This document shows positions 12,864-24,540 of a DNA stretch of 64,000 nt, one piece after another (position 1 is the first letter of the stretch; every line of letters starts with the position of its first letter). The translations under genes were made by a program, and so were the position numbers. The notes below the pieces were generated by a model, which saw nothing but the letters and a program-made list of their open reading frames with translations, ran no database searches and was not told the origin of the DNA. The DNA comes from Podarcis muralis (Eukaryota): positions 29,140,001 to 29,204,000 of the forward strand of contig NC_135666.1 of assembly GCF_964188315.1 (NCBI RefSeq), in the 5' to 3' direction.

Positions 12864-13535
12864 CTAGAAAGAAATGCGGCATTTTGTTAATTGGAACGAT
12901 GGGGTCCTTTATTCCTAGGCTAAGTACAGTACAAGTGTCACACTGTGTAGATCCTATTGGTATGGAGTCCCAATGAAAAATGATGTGCTCTACAATGGTT
13001 CTTCACAGGAGAAATATGAGGAAAGAAAGTTCTCTCCTGTATAATGCAGTCGTAGTTTGCATTATAAACAAAGGCAATCTAAAATAATGCAACACTACTG
13101 ATCTAGTTTCGGAAGCTCCTCAGTGGTTGCTTGTCTACATAATTAGTAATGCTGAACAGAAAGGGGAAGAGGTGGAAATACATGCCCAGTATCGGGTCAC
13201 TATCAGGTCTGGAAGAGGTAAACCTGCATATAAATTGTACACACCAAACTACAGGTGGGGGCTCAGAACACAATACTCATCTCCTCCCAATATAGAAACC
13301 CTGATGCGCACCCCCATCGAGAGTCTGAATTGGTGCAACCGAAACAAGGCTGTTTCTATGAATTGGAAGCAATCAGCATGGTTGAGTCACTACAGATATC
13401 AGGCATGCTTACGTGTACACCTGGAAGCATTGTTTCTGTCAGTGAACTCAGAAGCCAAGTCCTTGACAAGAACAAGGCAGCTACAAAGACTCAGCTCTCT
13501 TCTTACAGCTTAATTCTTATAGCTTCATTTCTTAC

Positions 13536-13643
13536 CAGAGGAGTAGAATTCTTTTCCATCACAGGCTTTGGTGCTGTAGAATATGTGTAGCTGAAGAGGC
13601 TTTCTATTTTTCTCACTGGAACACCACCCCCTCTATCAGATAT
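13536..13643 (-). CDS. PDK4: PDK4 coding exon 9 ([36 protein letters not shown])
   Basis: TAG acceptor and GTAAGA donor; 108 nt; G1 box DRGGG and ATP lid. Confidence 0.97.
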
Positions 13644-14161
13644 CTAGTTGAGAACACACACAGAAAAAGTATTAAATGCATACAGTATTTCAAATCCTTG
13701 TTGAAGTATCATTAATGCCCGCAGAAAGCCACTAAATCATTTCTGCTTTAAGGATCATCCTGTATCAAATTTGCTTATCTTTTTCTTAATCATATTCTGT
13801 CCAAAACAGTATTTGGCTAGCGACAGCTTGTTGTAATTTCCAAAGGCTTGACTATTTGTAATTTTGCTGCAATTCACTGCCCATCTATTCCACACCAAAT
13901 CTTTTTAAACCTATGAGACTCCGGATGCTTCCAGACGGTCACTATTTTGGGGTGGGATTCAGTCACATACTGGCAATACAGAAAGTGCTAGAGGAAATGT
14001 ATGGGAAGAGTGAGATAATGCTGGTGATACAACATCATTTAACCTCCTCACAAACAAATCAGGAAAAATGCTCAATAAACAGGTTGTCTGGAAGTGCCCC
14101 ATCTGTAAGTTTATATTATATGTTGCACCTATTGTATTGGGGAAAAAGCCTTGTAAGATAC

Positions 14162-14260
14162 CTTAATTGACAGGTCTTCCTTTCCAAGTACAACGGTCAC
14201 CTCAACTGGATCAAGGGAAGGTTTGTTTTCCTGGTGTTCAACTGTTGCTCTCATTGCATT
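14162..14260 (-). CDS. PDK4: PDK4 coding exon 8 (NAMRATVEHQENKPSLDPVEVTVVLGKEDLSIK)
   Basis: TAG acceptor and GTATCT donor; 99 nt; second half of the N box. Confidence 0.97.
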
Positions 14261-14496
14261 CTAGAAGAAACAAAGAATCAGGAGGACTTAATTCAATCTG
14301 AGGCGCTCTAATATTTGCTATTTTTAATTCCAGTCAATATACTAATGTATCATTAGATTTCTATCCCACTTCTTCCTTCCAAAAGAGTCCAAGGCATCAA
14401 GCAGAATAGTAAAAACAGTGCTGAACAAATGCTGCTGCTAATGCACACATAAATATGGAGGCGAAAAATGAATGTTTCATAATTGCAAACACAAAC

Positions 14497-14573
14497 CTTG
14501 AAAAGTTCAAACAGCATGTGAAAGAGGTGGGATGGTACATATACTATGTGGATAGGCTGTCCAGCTGCCTTTC
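14497..14573 (-). CDS. PDK4: PDK4 coding exon 7 ([26 protein letters not shown])
   Basis: CAG acceptor and GTTTGT donor; 77 nt; also visible in track ORF 14353..14595. Confidence 0.97.
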
Positions 14574-15136
14574 CTGCAGGAAGATGCACAAACAATAATC
14601 AGCACACAGCTGCTATTCAACTTCAAACAATTGTTATTGTGTGTCCACAATAAATGCTTTTAATTAAGATCTGTGCATTTAACACTGCATCCTGAAATTT
14701 GTTATCCTTTATTATTCTATAGTACTGTAGTTATGAATGTTCTTGTTATGCAGAAGTTTGTATTGTGCTGAAGAAGTACAAACTTCCTGCAATCCATCCT
14801 TCATGAGAAAAAACATTCTTGAACTATTATAATAATGGTGGATTTGCAGCTAAGCTAATTTCTTCTTTTGATTTCTTTTAAGGAAATGCTGGTGCCAACC
14901 CTATCAGAATTACTACATGTCCATGTGCTCAATCAATTCTGGCATATTGCATCATATTTATTGGGGGTGGCAAAGGTGAATGAATGTAACCGTGCAAATT
15001 TGGCACTTTCTCAAGGGGGGAAAATGGTAAGCCTCCAATTCTAGACAAGTGGGTCAGCAGTAAGAGCAAAAAGCTTCTAAAGAGGAGAAACCAAAGTGCT
15101 ACTCTGATATGGTGGAAAAGAGGAAAATGCACTCAC

Positions 15137-15214
15137 CATTCACTTGAGTAAGCTTTAAGTCTGGAGAAGCGAAATAGTATTGGTCACAAAGCATCTGGGC
15201 ACTCTGGAAAGCAT
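15137..15214 (-). CDS. PDK4: PDK4 coding exon 6 (DAFQSAQMLCDQYYFASPDLKLTQVN)
   Basis: CAG acceptor and GTGAGT donor; 78 nt. Confidence 0.97.
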
Positions 15215-15991
15215 CTGGAATTCATTTTAACAAGAAAAAATGAAGCACGATTTAACACAAACTCTTATGCATCATTAGGTATATCCTAGATACTAGGCTA
15301 CTCCAGGCTGTGCTCTCTAGCATTGAAATAAAGCTTCTATATATACAGAAAGCTGAATTATAACTGTCAGCATTAGGACACAGAATGCCACTGAAATATC
15401 TGTTACATATTACCCAAGACTTCTAACTGCACATGTCTGTCACGTGGAAATCAACAGATCTTGCATGCAGCGGACTGAATAGGGCTGTACCCAACAGAAA
15501 TGCAATGAGAAAACCTGACTGCATGAGAAAATTCTGATGACCCGTTAAAAACAGGCATTCCACCCTTCATTCACTCACTACTGAGTGTAAAAGTGTGCAG
15601 CTTGCCAGGATCCCTGTCTCATGACGGTCAGAATATGCAGGTAGGTATACACATGAACATATGGAGCTGTCTTATACCATAGTACAATTGACTCTTCCAC
15701 CTTCCTAAGCACAGTTGACTCTGACTGGCAGAGGCTCTCCAGGGTTTTAGGAAGAATCTTCTCCCAGCCCCACCTGAAGACCCATGAGAAGGCACATGGG
15801 GCCTTCTGCACGCAAGGGAAATGCTACAGTCCTTCCCCAAAATATTCTGCACTTAGATGTGAAGCCAGGATACTCATGAAAGACTGACACTTCTTTCACT
15901 TTCTTAAACTGGTTAATGTGCCTAAGAAAAGGACATATTATCTACATGTAGCTGAATCTACCAGGGGATGCTGACAATTTCATATACGTAC

Positions 15992-16081
15992 CATGCACCA
16001 AATCCACAACGTCACAGCAAGGGTCAATGCATCCAATGTGCTTTGGATTACCCACATTGCTATTGTTATCAAAAATAAGCG
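15992..16081 (-). CDS. PDK4: PDK4 coding exon 5 (TLIFDNNSNVGNPKHIGCIDPCCDVVDLVH)
   Basis: CAG acceptor and GTACGT donor; 90 nt; frame continuous with exons 4 and 6. Confidence 0.96.
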
Positions 16082-16782
16082 CTGTTGAAATAAAAGACAA
16101 AATGATCAATTTTTTTCAGGTTGCTCAACGTAATTCATTACAGCTATCTAAAGGATTATTTTTAGCAATAATAAAAAGTACAAAGTGCCACCTTTTGGAA
16201 ATTCCCCCCGAACTTCAATTCCACCTTTTAAATCCCTGTAATGTCCAGTGCAATCCGGACGTATGGCAGCCCTGTCTTATCTCTCCTTCCCACAAGAGCT
16301 CATGGTGACATAGAAGGGACTATCCAACTTTATATTTATAACTGCTCTGTAAGGGATGATGGGCCAAGGGTCAGTGATTTGCTGAAGGCCATCTAGTGAG
16401 CTTCATTGCTGAACTAGGTTTTATCTGCTATTCTATCTACTACAGTGAAGTGCTTTGGCATTTACATTTTTCTAGTCTGGAGGCATCTGTATCGCAATGC
16501 ATTTCCCCTTGTGTGTAGTACTGTACCAGGTTTTAGTACTGGAGTTGTTATGTACACACATTTCATTGCTTTTTGGCTATACTGTTTATTACCTAACTAC
16601 TTTCTGCTTTTGATCCTTGTTCTCCCTCACATAATTATTTATATCATTTACACTTGTCATTTTTCTTTTTACAACCAGCATAGATAAATGATTAATAAAA
16701 TCCACAGTTCATCAAATATTTCTAAGAATGTTTGACAAAAACATTAAAATCAACCTGTCAAAGGGATGGAAAAACAACTTAC

Positions 16783-16967
16783 TGTGCTGGTTTATTAACA
16801 TTCGAATGGATATCCGGTTCATGTAAAAGCGATCCAAGAAGTACTGGATGTTTTGATTGATGAATGGGTCCATCTTGGAAGAATCTCTATATTCTAGAAC
16901 CCCTTGTGCCATTGTGGGCACTACATCATGGTGCCGATTTCGGACTTTGACAATGGCATCTATGAAA
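16783..16967 (-). CDS. PDK4: PDK4 coding exon 4 ([22 protein letters not shown]...[19 protein letters not shown])
   Basis: CAG acceptor and GTAAGT donor; 185 nt; highly conserved PDK core. Confidence 0.98.
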
Positions 16968-17319
16968 CTGGGAAGGGGGGGGGAATAACTTTAGACTTGG
17001 CCTATCTGACGAAGGCAGCAAAGCAAAACTGAAATAAGTTATTTTTTTCACCATTCATTCTGTCAAGATAATTGAAGCATCTTAATGTTATCTTGACAGT
17101 TTATAATTTATTGCTGACTTATTTTATTTCAATGTGCCATTTTTTGCAGTATCAGGTGTCAGTTAGCTATACTGTTAAAAGCTTTTGATCATTATCATAT
17201 GATCAGTAGTCTCTGTATTCTGAATTGAATAATGTTCATGCTTAGTTGAGCGACCTATCAAGTCAGCTGTTACTGTGAAGGAAGTAAAGCTACTAACAAC
17301 ACAACTCATAAGAACTTAC

Positions 17320-17391
17320 TTTGATAGAACTTTGTGGTCATCTGATTTTTTGTCATGGAACTCCACTAGCTCCATTAGGCTTTCAACATAC
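17320..17391 (-). CDS. PDK4: PDK4 coding exon 3 (YVESLMELVEFHDKKSDDHKVLS)
   Basis: CAG acceptor and GTAAGT donor; 72 nt. Confidence 0.96.
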
Positions 17392-17525
17392 CTGTTAATA
17401 TACAAAGTAAACCATGAATTATTCATACAGGCCAGGGAAAGTTGACTGGACAGATAAGATTGCTTTAGCAATTCAGTAACTGGGTGACCTCAAGTAGAAG
17501 GCAAACTATGAGCAAACAGACTACT

Positions 17526-17819
17526 AGAAGAAGAAGAAGAAGAAGAAGAAGAAGAAGAAGAAGAAGAAGAAGAAGAAGAGGAGTTTGGATTTGATATCCC
17601 GCCTTTCACTCCCCTTCAGGAGTCTCAAAGCGGCTAACAATCTCCTTTCCCTTCCTCCCCCACAACAAACACTCTGTGAGGTGAGTGGGGCTGAGAGACT
17701 TCAGAGAAGTGTGACTGGCCCAAGGTCACCCAGCAGCTGCATGTGGAGGAGCGGAGACTCGAACCCGGTTCCCCAGATTACGAGACTACCGCTCTTAACC
17801 ACTACACCACACTGGCTCT
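17526..17819 (-). mobile_element. Squam3-type tRNA-derived SINE with (TTC)n tail, in PDK4 intron 2
   Basis: The reverse complement begins GAGCCAGTGTGGTGTAGTGGTTAAGAGC (A box) ... GGTTCGAGTC (B box). The body looks full length and ends in ~18 TTC units (17526-17580). Confidence 0.85.
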
Positions 17820-18253
17820 TCAGTTAAGTTTAGGAGTAGAAAAAAATATTTTAAATTCATTTGTGCCTGCCTCAATGTATGCACGCCTCTTAAGCTATCT
17901 CCAGCTCACTATTATATGTTTTTTAAAACGTGTGTGGTATCAGTTGGTATGCAGCATTGCACATACCAAGGACGCAAACAATGCCACCAAATCTGTGCAC
18001 AAACACAGCAGCTATTAAAACGCAGTTCCTTTATCTTGACTGTGCAGAATGTCATCATTATGATAACACTACATGGGCAGAAGACAATTATGTGAGGCTT
18101 CACAGCATCTTAGTTCACAACTAACAAGCAGCCGCGGCAGCTATAAAATGACTACAGAGGATGCCATAGTTGTGCGTCCAGCACTTGCTTTTCTATCCCA
18201 TGGCCTTGATATAATGATCTGCATTTTACTACCAACTTGTCAAGCTTCAAATA

Positions 18254-18486
18254 CAGTGGTACCTCTAGTGACAAACCTAATTAGTTCCGGAGGTCCGTTC
18301 TTAACCTGATACTGTTCCTAAATAGAGGTGTGCTTTCGCTAATGGGGCCTCTTGATGCCGCTGGCACACGATTTCCGTTCTCATTCTGGGCCAAAGTTCT
18401 CAACTCGAGGTAACTCTTCCAGGTTAGCGGAGTTTGTAACCTGAAGCGTTTGTAACCTGAGGCATTTGTAACTCGAGGTACCACTG
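18254..18486. mobile_element. Tc1/mariner-type MITE (family A, copy 1), PDK4 intron 2
   Basis: TIRs CAGTGGTACCTC / GAGGTACCACTG flanked by TA on both sides; subterminal TGTAACCTGAAGC repeats. Confidence 0.9.
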
Positions 18487-18599
18487 TAAAGGTTCTTGTT
18501 ACTGTTGCAAAGTAAATATGAAGCTTTCTGAAATTTAAAATACAAAAGCAGGATTAAGTTGAACATAGTAAAATGTGTTACATAAGTTTTGCTACTTAC

Positions 18600-18741
18600 C
18601 AACTTTTTACCAACTGTACTGAAGGAGTGCTTAACAGTCGGCTAGGGAGGAAGTCGATTTCTTTTAGGATATTTGCTAGCCTCACAGGAAGTTCATGCCG
18701 AAGAAAAGAAAAAGATGTTTTCTCGCATGCATTAGTTGACC
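18600..18741 (-). CDS. PDK4: PDK4 coding exon 2 ([48 protein letters not shown])
   Basis: CAG acceptor and GTAAGT donor; 142 nt. Confidence 0.97.
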
Positions 18742-20525
18742 CTGAAAAACAAAAGCCAGCTCGTTTAAGTTGTTTTCCATATAAGCACCATAAGGAATAG
18801 CTTCAACAAGGTATCATATGTCAACTTTATGTTATACAATCAAGTAGCTCAGCTACCAGTGCAAGATCCTGTAGCGACTGCTAGTTATCAGAACTAAAGG
18901 ATGTTTTGCACAATGGCAGCAGTAAATACAAAGTAATCTCTGAAAATCATCAGGTGTCTTCTGCTTGTCACACATTTCCCCAATACCAATGTGCTCTTAG
19001 GGAACAGAGCTATGATATGACTTACCACAGATAAAATCAGCTATAAACTATTATTGATTTAAACCATATTATATGTAGTTACAATTTCTTGGTAAGGATT
19101 AAGAAAAAGGTCTAAGCTGCAATCATATGTGCACTTCCTTGACAGTAAATTGCACTGAACTTGGTAGGACTTAGTTCTGAGTAAACATGCACAGGACCAT
19201 ACTTGGGAAAAGTGGACTAGGCCACATCCCAGCTGTGTTCCACCAAGTGTTCAGAAGAATGATGACCACTATCTGTCTCTTGAGATATTAACAAACAAAC
19301 CCCCACAAATGCATATAAATTTCACAATGCTTTACTCTATTTTAAGTTCAACAAGTACAGTACTACTTAACATTAAGAGTATGTAATTTTAAAATGCCTT
19401 TGGCTTTTCTACAAGTAAAAATTGTGGGCCCTCACAGAAAATAGAGACGAACAAAAGCCAATCATTGCTAACCAGCCACAACAGAGATCTGGTGAAACCA
19501 CAAGCATGTATAGAAAGCTTTGGCAAAATTACTACTGCTTTAAATAATTCCTTTTAGCTGCAAGTAGCAGACCACACCTAACACACTGGCATGTGTATTT
19601 ATATATCTAGCAGCTGAGTGATTAATATTTTTTTCTGCTTATAAGTTGTAAAGTTTTAAACTGTATCTACTAAATGAAAAACAGCTTTTTCTATCACACA
19701 ACAGACTGACACTGATGGCTGAAGAATGACTGAATACAGTGTCAGCAATAATAAACTAACAAAGCCTACTATGGGTGGCCAGGCTAAAAGTAATAAACTG
19801 AGCAATGCTGAAAATTACTTATCCAATTAATCAGAACTAGAGGACAAAATCCTATTTTCATACTTTGTGACTTGAAGTTATTGCCATTTTTTTCTAGCAT
19901 TTGTAATAGAACATGTGAAGCAACTCGAGCCAATGAGAATAGAGTAAACAACTATGAAGATTCCTAGAAAGCACCCTTGAAAAACTGCCATTTTTAAAAA
20001 AAGGTAAAACTGTTTCTTTATAGATTTTAAAAGCTAACATTAAAAAGTATAGAACCAATTTCAGTGACTAAAAAAATATAGTTTAGAAACACAGGCATGT
20101 AGACAAATGTTTACTTAGGTGAACTATTTCCAAATGCTTCACATTTGATTGCATAATAGATTTAATAAGTACCATATGAAGGGAAAGAGCATACAATGTC
20201 ATTTTTTTAACTTGAGAATTGAGAATTCCTGTAAACTATAGTAATTTCCTGCAAAACTCTCCCTGCACATTTGCTTTCTAATAGAACCAAAATTGTTGCA
20301 TAACAAAATTGTTGCATACCAAAACCACAGAGAAAAAAAGATGAAAAAAATCTATATGCTCAACAGGTTGACAGTTCCATGGAGCTCTGTGCAGCCCTAA
20401 GATATGCTAACAACAAATGAAAACTTCAGCTGGAGTACAAGGGCAAAAGATGAATAAACCAAAGGGAGTTTTGGGGATCCTTAAAGATTTGTAGTGCAAG
20501 TTTACTCAGAAGCAAGGTTAATAGT

Positions 20526-20654
20526 CAGGGCTGGCCCACCAAGGTGAGGAAACCACCTGATACAGATCTTCACTCACCCCTTCCTCCCTGGTGAGGAGAG
20601 AGGTCACCATTTTGTGGTTTGGCTCAGGTCCTAAAATGTCTTGGGCTGGCCCTG
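20526..20654. mobile_element. hAT MITE in PDK4 intron 1
   Basis: Termini CAGGGCTGGCCCA / TGGGCTGGCCCTG; 8-bp TSD TTAATAGT / TCAATAGT (7/8). Confidence 0.75.
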
Positions 20655-20706
20655 TCAATAGTGCTCACTCCCAGAGAAGTGTACATAAGGTTGCAGCCTA
20701 AGAGAT

Positions 20707-20895
20707 CGTGGCATAAACTCCTTTGGACTAGATCCCATAGCATCAAATGTGTGGATTGCATCAGATGAATTCACTTGATGAACCAGACTCTAGTCCACAG
20801 AAGCTGATGTAACAAAGAACTTGATTAAGCGCTTTAAGGTAGCCAAGACTTGTTTGCTTTTGGTTTTGCTGTGATAGATGCACATAGCTACCCCA
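20707..20895. mobile_element. Penelope-like element remnant with inverted termini, PDK4 intron 1
   Basis: The plus-strand segment TTGATGAACCAGACTCTAGTCCACAGAAGC...CTTTAAGGTAGCCAAGAC...GCTACCCC is preceded by an inverted partial copy at 20708-20746. Confidence 0.6.
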
Positions 20896-21343
20896 CTGCA
20901 ATTTGCTTGAATGCAAGCCAGTAAGAAAAGATGGAGATAACATTCCACACCCATCCCATCCCTCCTGGGAGCATTATCCAGACACCCCCCCCCCCCAAAG
21001 CAAAATCGTTTTCACTCTCCTTTCCCTCCTGGCCTCAGCTTACACTGCTTTGGAAGCCGAACCCATGAATACAAGGACAGAGGACCAGGGGTACCCCCCC
21101 CTTAACAGAATGAGCCCCCTAATGCAACAGGACTGACTTCCCACAACTTGAAGTGAGTGCAGTCATAGACTTTGCTATCTGTAGCAGCTTTTGCCAACCT
21201 GGCGCCCCTCCAGATGTTGTCTGGCTGTGTTGTCTGGGGCTGGCAGTCCAACAGCATCTGGGGGGTACCAGGCTGATCTATGGGGGAGGGGGCTCCATAA
21301 GACCATTAAGCCTTATGGCCTCTCCACACTAAACTGCACCTCT

Positions 21344-21346
<3 letters not shown>

Positions 21347-21386
<40 letters not shown>
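21347..21386. repeat. (AC)20 microsatellite in PDK4 intron 1
   Basis: Direct reading; ~180 bp from the exon 1 donor. Confidence 0.95.
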
Positions 21387-21388
<2 letters not shown>

Positions 21389-21499
21389 AGTCATCTCAAG
21401 CAGGACCCTACTAGGCGGTGTCCCAAAAGACCATCTCCCATCACCAGCGACCACCTCAACCCCCCCCCCCTTTTGCTCTGGCATTGCCCCACAGCGGCC

Positions 21500-22520
21500 A
21501 CCCCGTGCCGCCCCCACTCTCCCTCTCTCACACACGCGTCGATCGCACCGCAACTGCCCTCACCGAAATCCAGGAACTGCTTGATGGACAGCGGCGACGG
21601 GGAGTAGCGGGCAAAATGCTCCACCTCTCGGGGCGCCCGCTCCCCGACCGCCAAGGGGGCCGCGCTGCGAATCGCGATGCGAGCGGCCTTCATGGCTCCG
21701 CGGCGGCAGCGAAACGATGACCGCGAGCAACGGCTGGAGTGTGTAGATGTGTCTGCTTGGTTCCTCCGCTCGAACCCTTTCGCCTCGCGCCCTGCACGTG
21801 CGGCCCCTTATTTACCACTTCGAACCCTCCCTCCGGGGGGCGTGTCCGGAGCGCGCTCGCCAAGCCACGCCCCCTCTCCGCAGGCTAACTGCCCCAAGCG
21901 GGCTCTTCCCACAGCCCCCTCCCCCTTTCCAGGTATCTCGCGTGCGTGTGGGGCGACCTTTAGCCCTTCGCCGCTTAGAAGGCTCGGCTGCCGTGGGAGG
22001 AAAGGGAGAGGGGCGTGGCGGAGGAGGCGGCACAGGGAAAGTGGGTGCGTCTTCCTCGCTCTCGACCCACTTGCCCTTGTTTACGCGGTTGGGGGATGGA
22101 AGGACACGGTGTCATCCTCCCTCGTCCAAGTCCCGAGCCTTAGTTCTCTCCCCCCCCCTCCCCCGCCCCGCGCGCGCCTCCCGGCCGTTGGAGAAACCGT
22201 CAAATGACCGGCGCGAGACTGAGCGGTTGGAGTTGGGAGAGAGGGGGAAGAAGAGAGAATGGAGCGCGGCCAGACCCGCTCGTCATTGGCGGGTCGTTTT
22301 ACCAGAAAGAGCCAATGGGAAGGCTGTATCCGTACTGTGGGCGCTTTGACTTCGGGCGGGCCTCGGGCGATAAACAGCTCGGCCCGATTCCTGAGGGAGG
22401 AGGCGGGAGGCTGGTGGGATGTGCCGGTTTTTCCAAGAAGCAGGAGAACACCCGGCGCGGGGGCGCTTCAAGGGACGGGAAACGAGGCCGGGTGGGTGGG
22501 TGGGGTGGGGGCAGGGCCGG
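21500..22520 (-). promoter_or_regulatory. PDK4: PDK4 CpG-island promoter
   Basis: Very high GC/CpG content. Motifs: E-box CACGTG 21795-21800; GTAAATAA (TATA-like/forkhead, minus strand) ~21808-21815; FOXO element TTGTTTAC 22077-22084; CCAAT boxes at 22285-22289 (minus) and 22312-22316 (plus). Confidence 0.85.
21564..21693 (-). CDS. PDK4: PDK4 coding exon 1 (MKAARIAIRSAAPLAVGERAPREVEHFARYSPSPLSIKQFLDFG), includes mitochondrial targeting peptide
   Basis: ATG in good context (GGAGCCATGA) and GTGAGG donor; 130 nt. The MKAAR...PREVEHF.RYSPSPLS N-terminus is diagnostic for PDK4 among PDK1-4. Confidence 0.97.
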
Positions 22521-22743
22521 ATTTAGGTTTGATGAGGCCTTAAGCTACTGAAGGTAATGGGGCCCTTTATATGTCCAGCTGTCCTTTGTCAACAACAAAT
22601 TGTTGCTGTTTTTTATGTTGAATATATGCTATATGGTATCTCAAGCCGTTTGCACAAGTTGCCATGCAACCAGTCCATGCAGAATGCAGGCACCCTATAT
22701 ATAGAAATGAGCAAACCAGTGACATTTTAGGGAGCAGGCTAGC
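22512..22743 (+). mobile_element. hAT MITE (family B) left part, truncated
   Basis: Begins CAGGGCCGGATTTAGGTTTGATGAGGCC and aligns over ~230 bp to the complete copy at 51091. Confidence 0.8.
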
Positions 22744-23235
22744 TCATATGTAAATTGTGGGGGGACGTGTGGTGGCTGCACATTGTGAGAGAAACGTGCT
22801 CGCTCCCTGAATAGAGAAGAAGTGCCCTTCTGAAAAATTATCCTCCCCCACCCTAGCAGAACATCCTAAATATAAACCATCCCGTTTTAGCACACGAATC
22901 AAGATGTGCTCCTTCCAATGGTTTCACCGACTTGAGGCTGGAAGGGGGTTTTCTGGCATTGCAATAGTTGTCACGATAGCATGATTGCAATATCTTCACA
23001 TTCTTTTGAGGGGAGTTGGTGTTCAAGAAGCACTGGGAAAGTGAGGCTTTTAAAAGAATAGTAAACATGGAATGAGGCAGCGTTCGATCCATGGAGGTAG
23101 TTTTTTTTTCTTTTCCAAAGGGTTGCGTGATTCCTTTTTTATATACTTTTTTTACTTTTATATACCAGCATTCCTCCATTTTGTGCAAGGAGAGGCCACG
23201 CGTGGTTCCTTCCTTCCCTGTTTTATCCAACAACA

Positions 23236-23330
23236 GCCCTGTGAGGTAGGTTAGGCTAAGAGACAGTGACTGGCCCAAGGTTGCCCAGTGAGCTTAATGA
23301 GTGAGTGGGGATTTGAACTCTCATTCCATA
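23236..23330 (-). mobile_element. Old tRNA/MIR-like SINE fragment
   Basis: The CCCTGTGAGGTAGG...GACTGGCCCAAGG...GGATTTGAAC pattern is shared with Squam3/MIR cores. Confidence 0.5.
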
Positions 23331-24334
23331 AGTGCCATAGGAGCCAACTTCTAGAGGCTGTGGGGGCTTCGGCCCCCACAGTAAAATATTTGAGGGGGCT
23401 GGACCCCCATAAAGTTGATGGGCATTTCCCTTCAAATGGTGTGTGTGCACTGTGTTGATTATGCGGGGCGGCCACTCTTTTCTTCCCAACCCTATACATA
23501 TAACACCAATGTCTCCCAACAAATGTAACTGAAGAACCTGAAGAAAGAGACAATGCATGTGCTTTTGAAAACGAGGGGAAATTATTATTTTTTTAAAGAA
23601 GACAAGGAGTGTGTGGCAGCCCCCAGTATTTAAAGAGCCCCCACCCCTATTACATATAAGAACCAGAACATAAACCTATGGAACTAGAAAAGAGCCCAAA
23701 ACATCAATGTTTGGTCTAGATCCTAGGTACTGCACCCTCACTAAAGGAGACTGTATGGATGATTCACTAAATGATTGTAGGATGGTGTGTGTACCTGAGC
23801 TTATGGCCTCAAATTCTATTTATCTTATATGCTGCTTTATTACAAAAATGACGACTAGACTACTGATCCTAAAATGAATAGTTAGTTGCTCAACCACCCC
23901 CTCCAGAACCCACTGCTCTCAACTGCCTCACATTCAAACTCCCTTTCAAATCCTCATACAATCCTCACTCACCACCAGAATTCCACACGCTCCCTTTCCC
24001 CCTCCCTCCTTGACATTCCCATAATAATTCTGATACAGCTACCTTAATAACCCTATTACATTCAATATTTTATACATGATGCTCCCTATAATCATACTGT
24101 TAGAAGCATTTGAGCTTTCCATTCCTGGTTCCTAGGAAATGGGGGTGAGCAAACTGCAAGTTCTTCATCCCTGTTCTAAAAACCAGATGTCTTCCCCCAA
24201 ATGATCCTGGGAATTGTAGTTTGTTAGGGGTTCTGGGGATTGTAGGTCTGTGAAAGGGAAGCCACAATGGCACGAATCATTTCAGGGGAAGTCATGTGCT
24301 ATAAAGGTTCATTGGATGCTCTTTAAAATATAGC

Positions 24335-24540
24335 ATCATAGAATTGTAGAGTTGGAAGGGACCACGAGGGTCATCTAGTCCAACCCCCTGCAATGCAGGA
24401 ATCTCAACTAGATGATCCATGACCGATGGCCATCCAAGCGCTGCTTAAAAACCTCCAAGGAAGGAGAGTCCCTCTAGAGCAGGAGAAAGCAAGCTTGCTC
24501 CATCCTCCATGTGACAGCCCTTTAGACTTTAGTTATTGAA
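24335..24540 (-). mobile_element. CR1 LINE 3' fragment
   Basis: CATAGAATTGTAGAGTTGGAAGGGACC...CTAGTCCAACCCCCTGCAATGCAGGAATCTC is the reverse complement of the CR1 3' end at ~48775-49027. Confidence 0.8.

Noticed and set aside
21677-22551. ORFs of 115-200 aa upstream of PDK4
   Set aside because: CpG-island artefacts: low-complexity Pro/Arg/Gly content and no recognisable domain.
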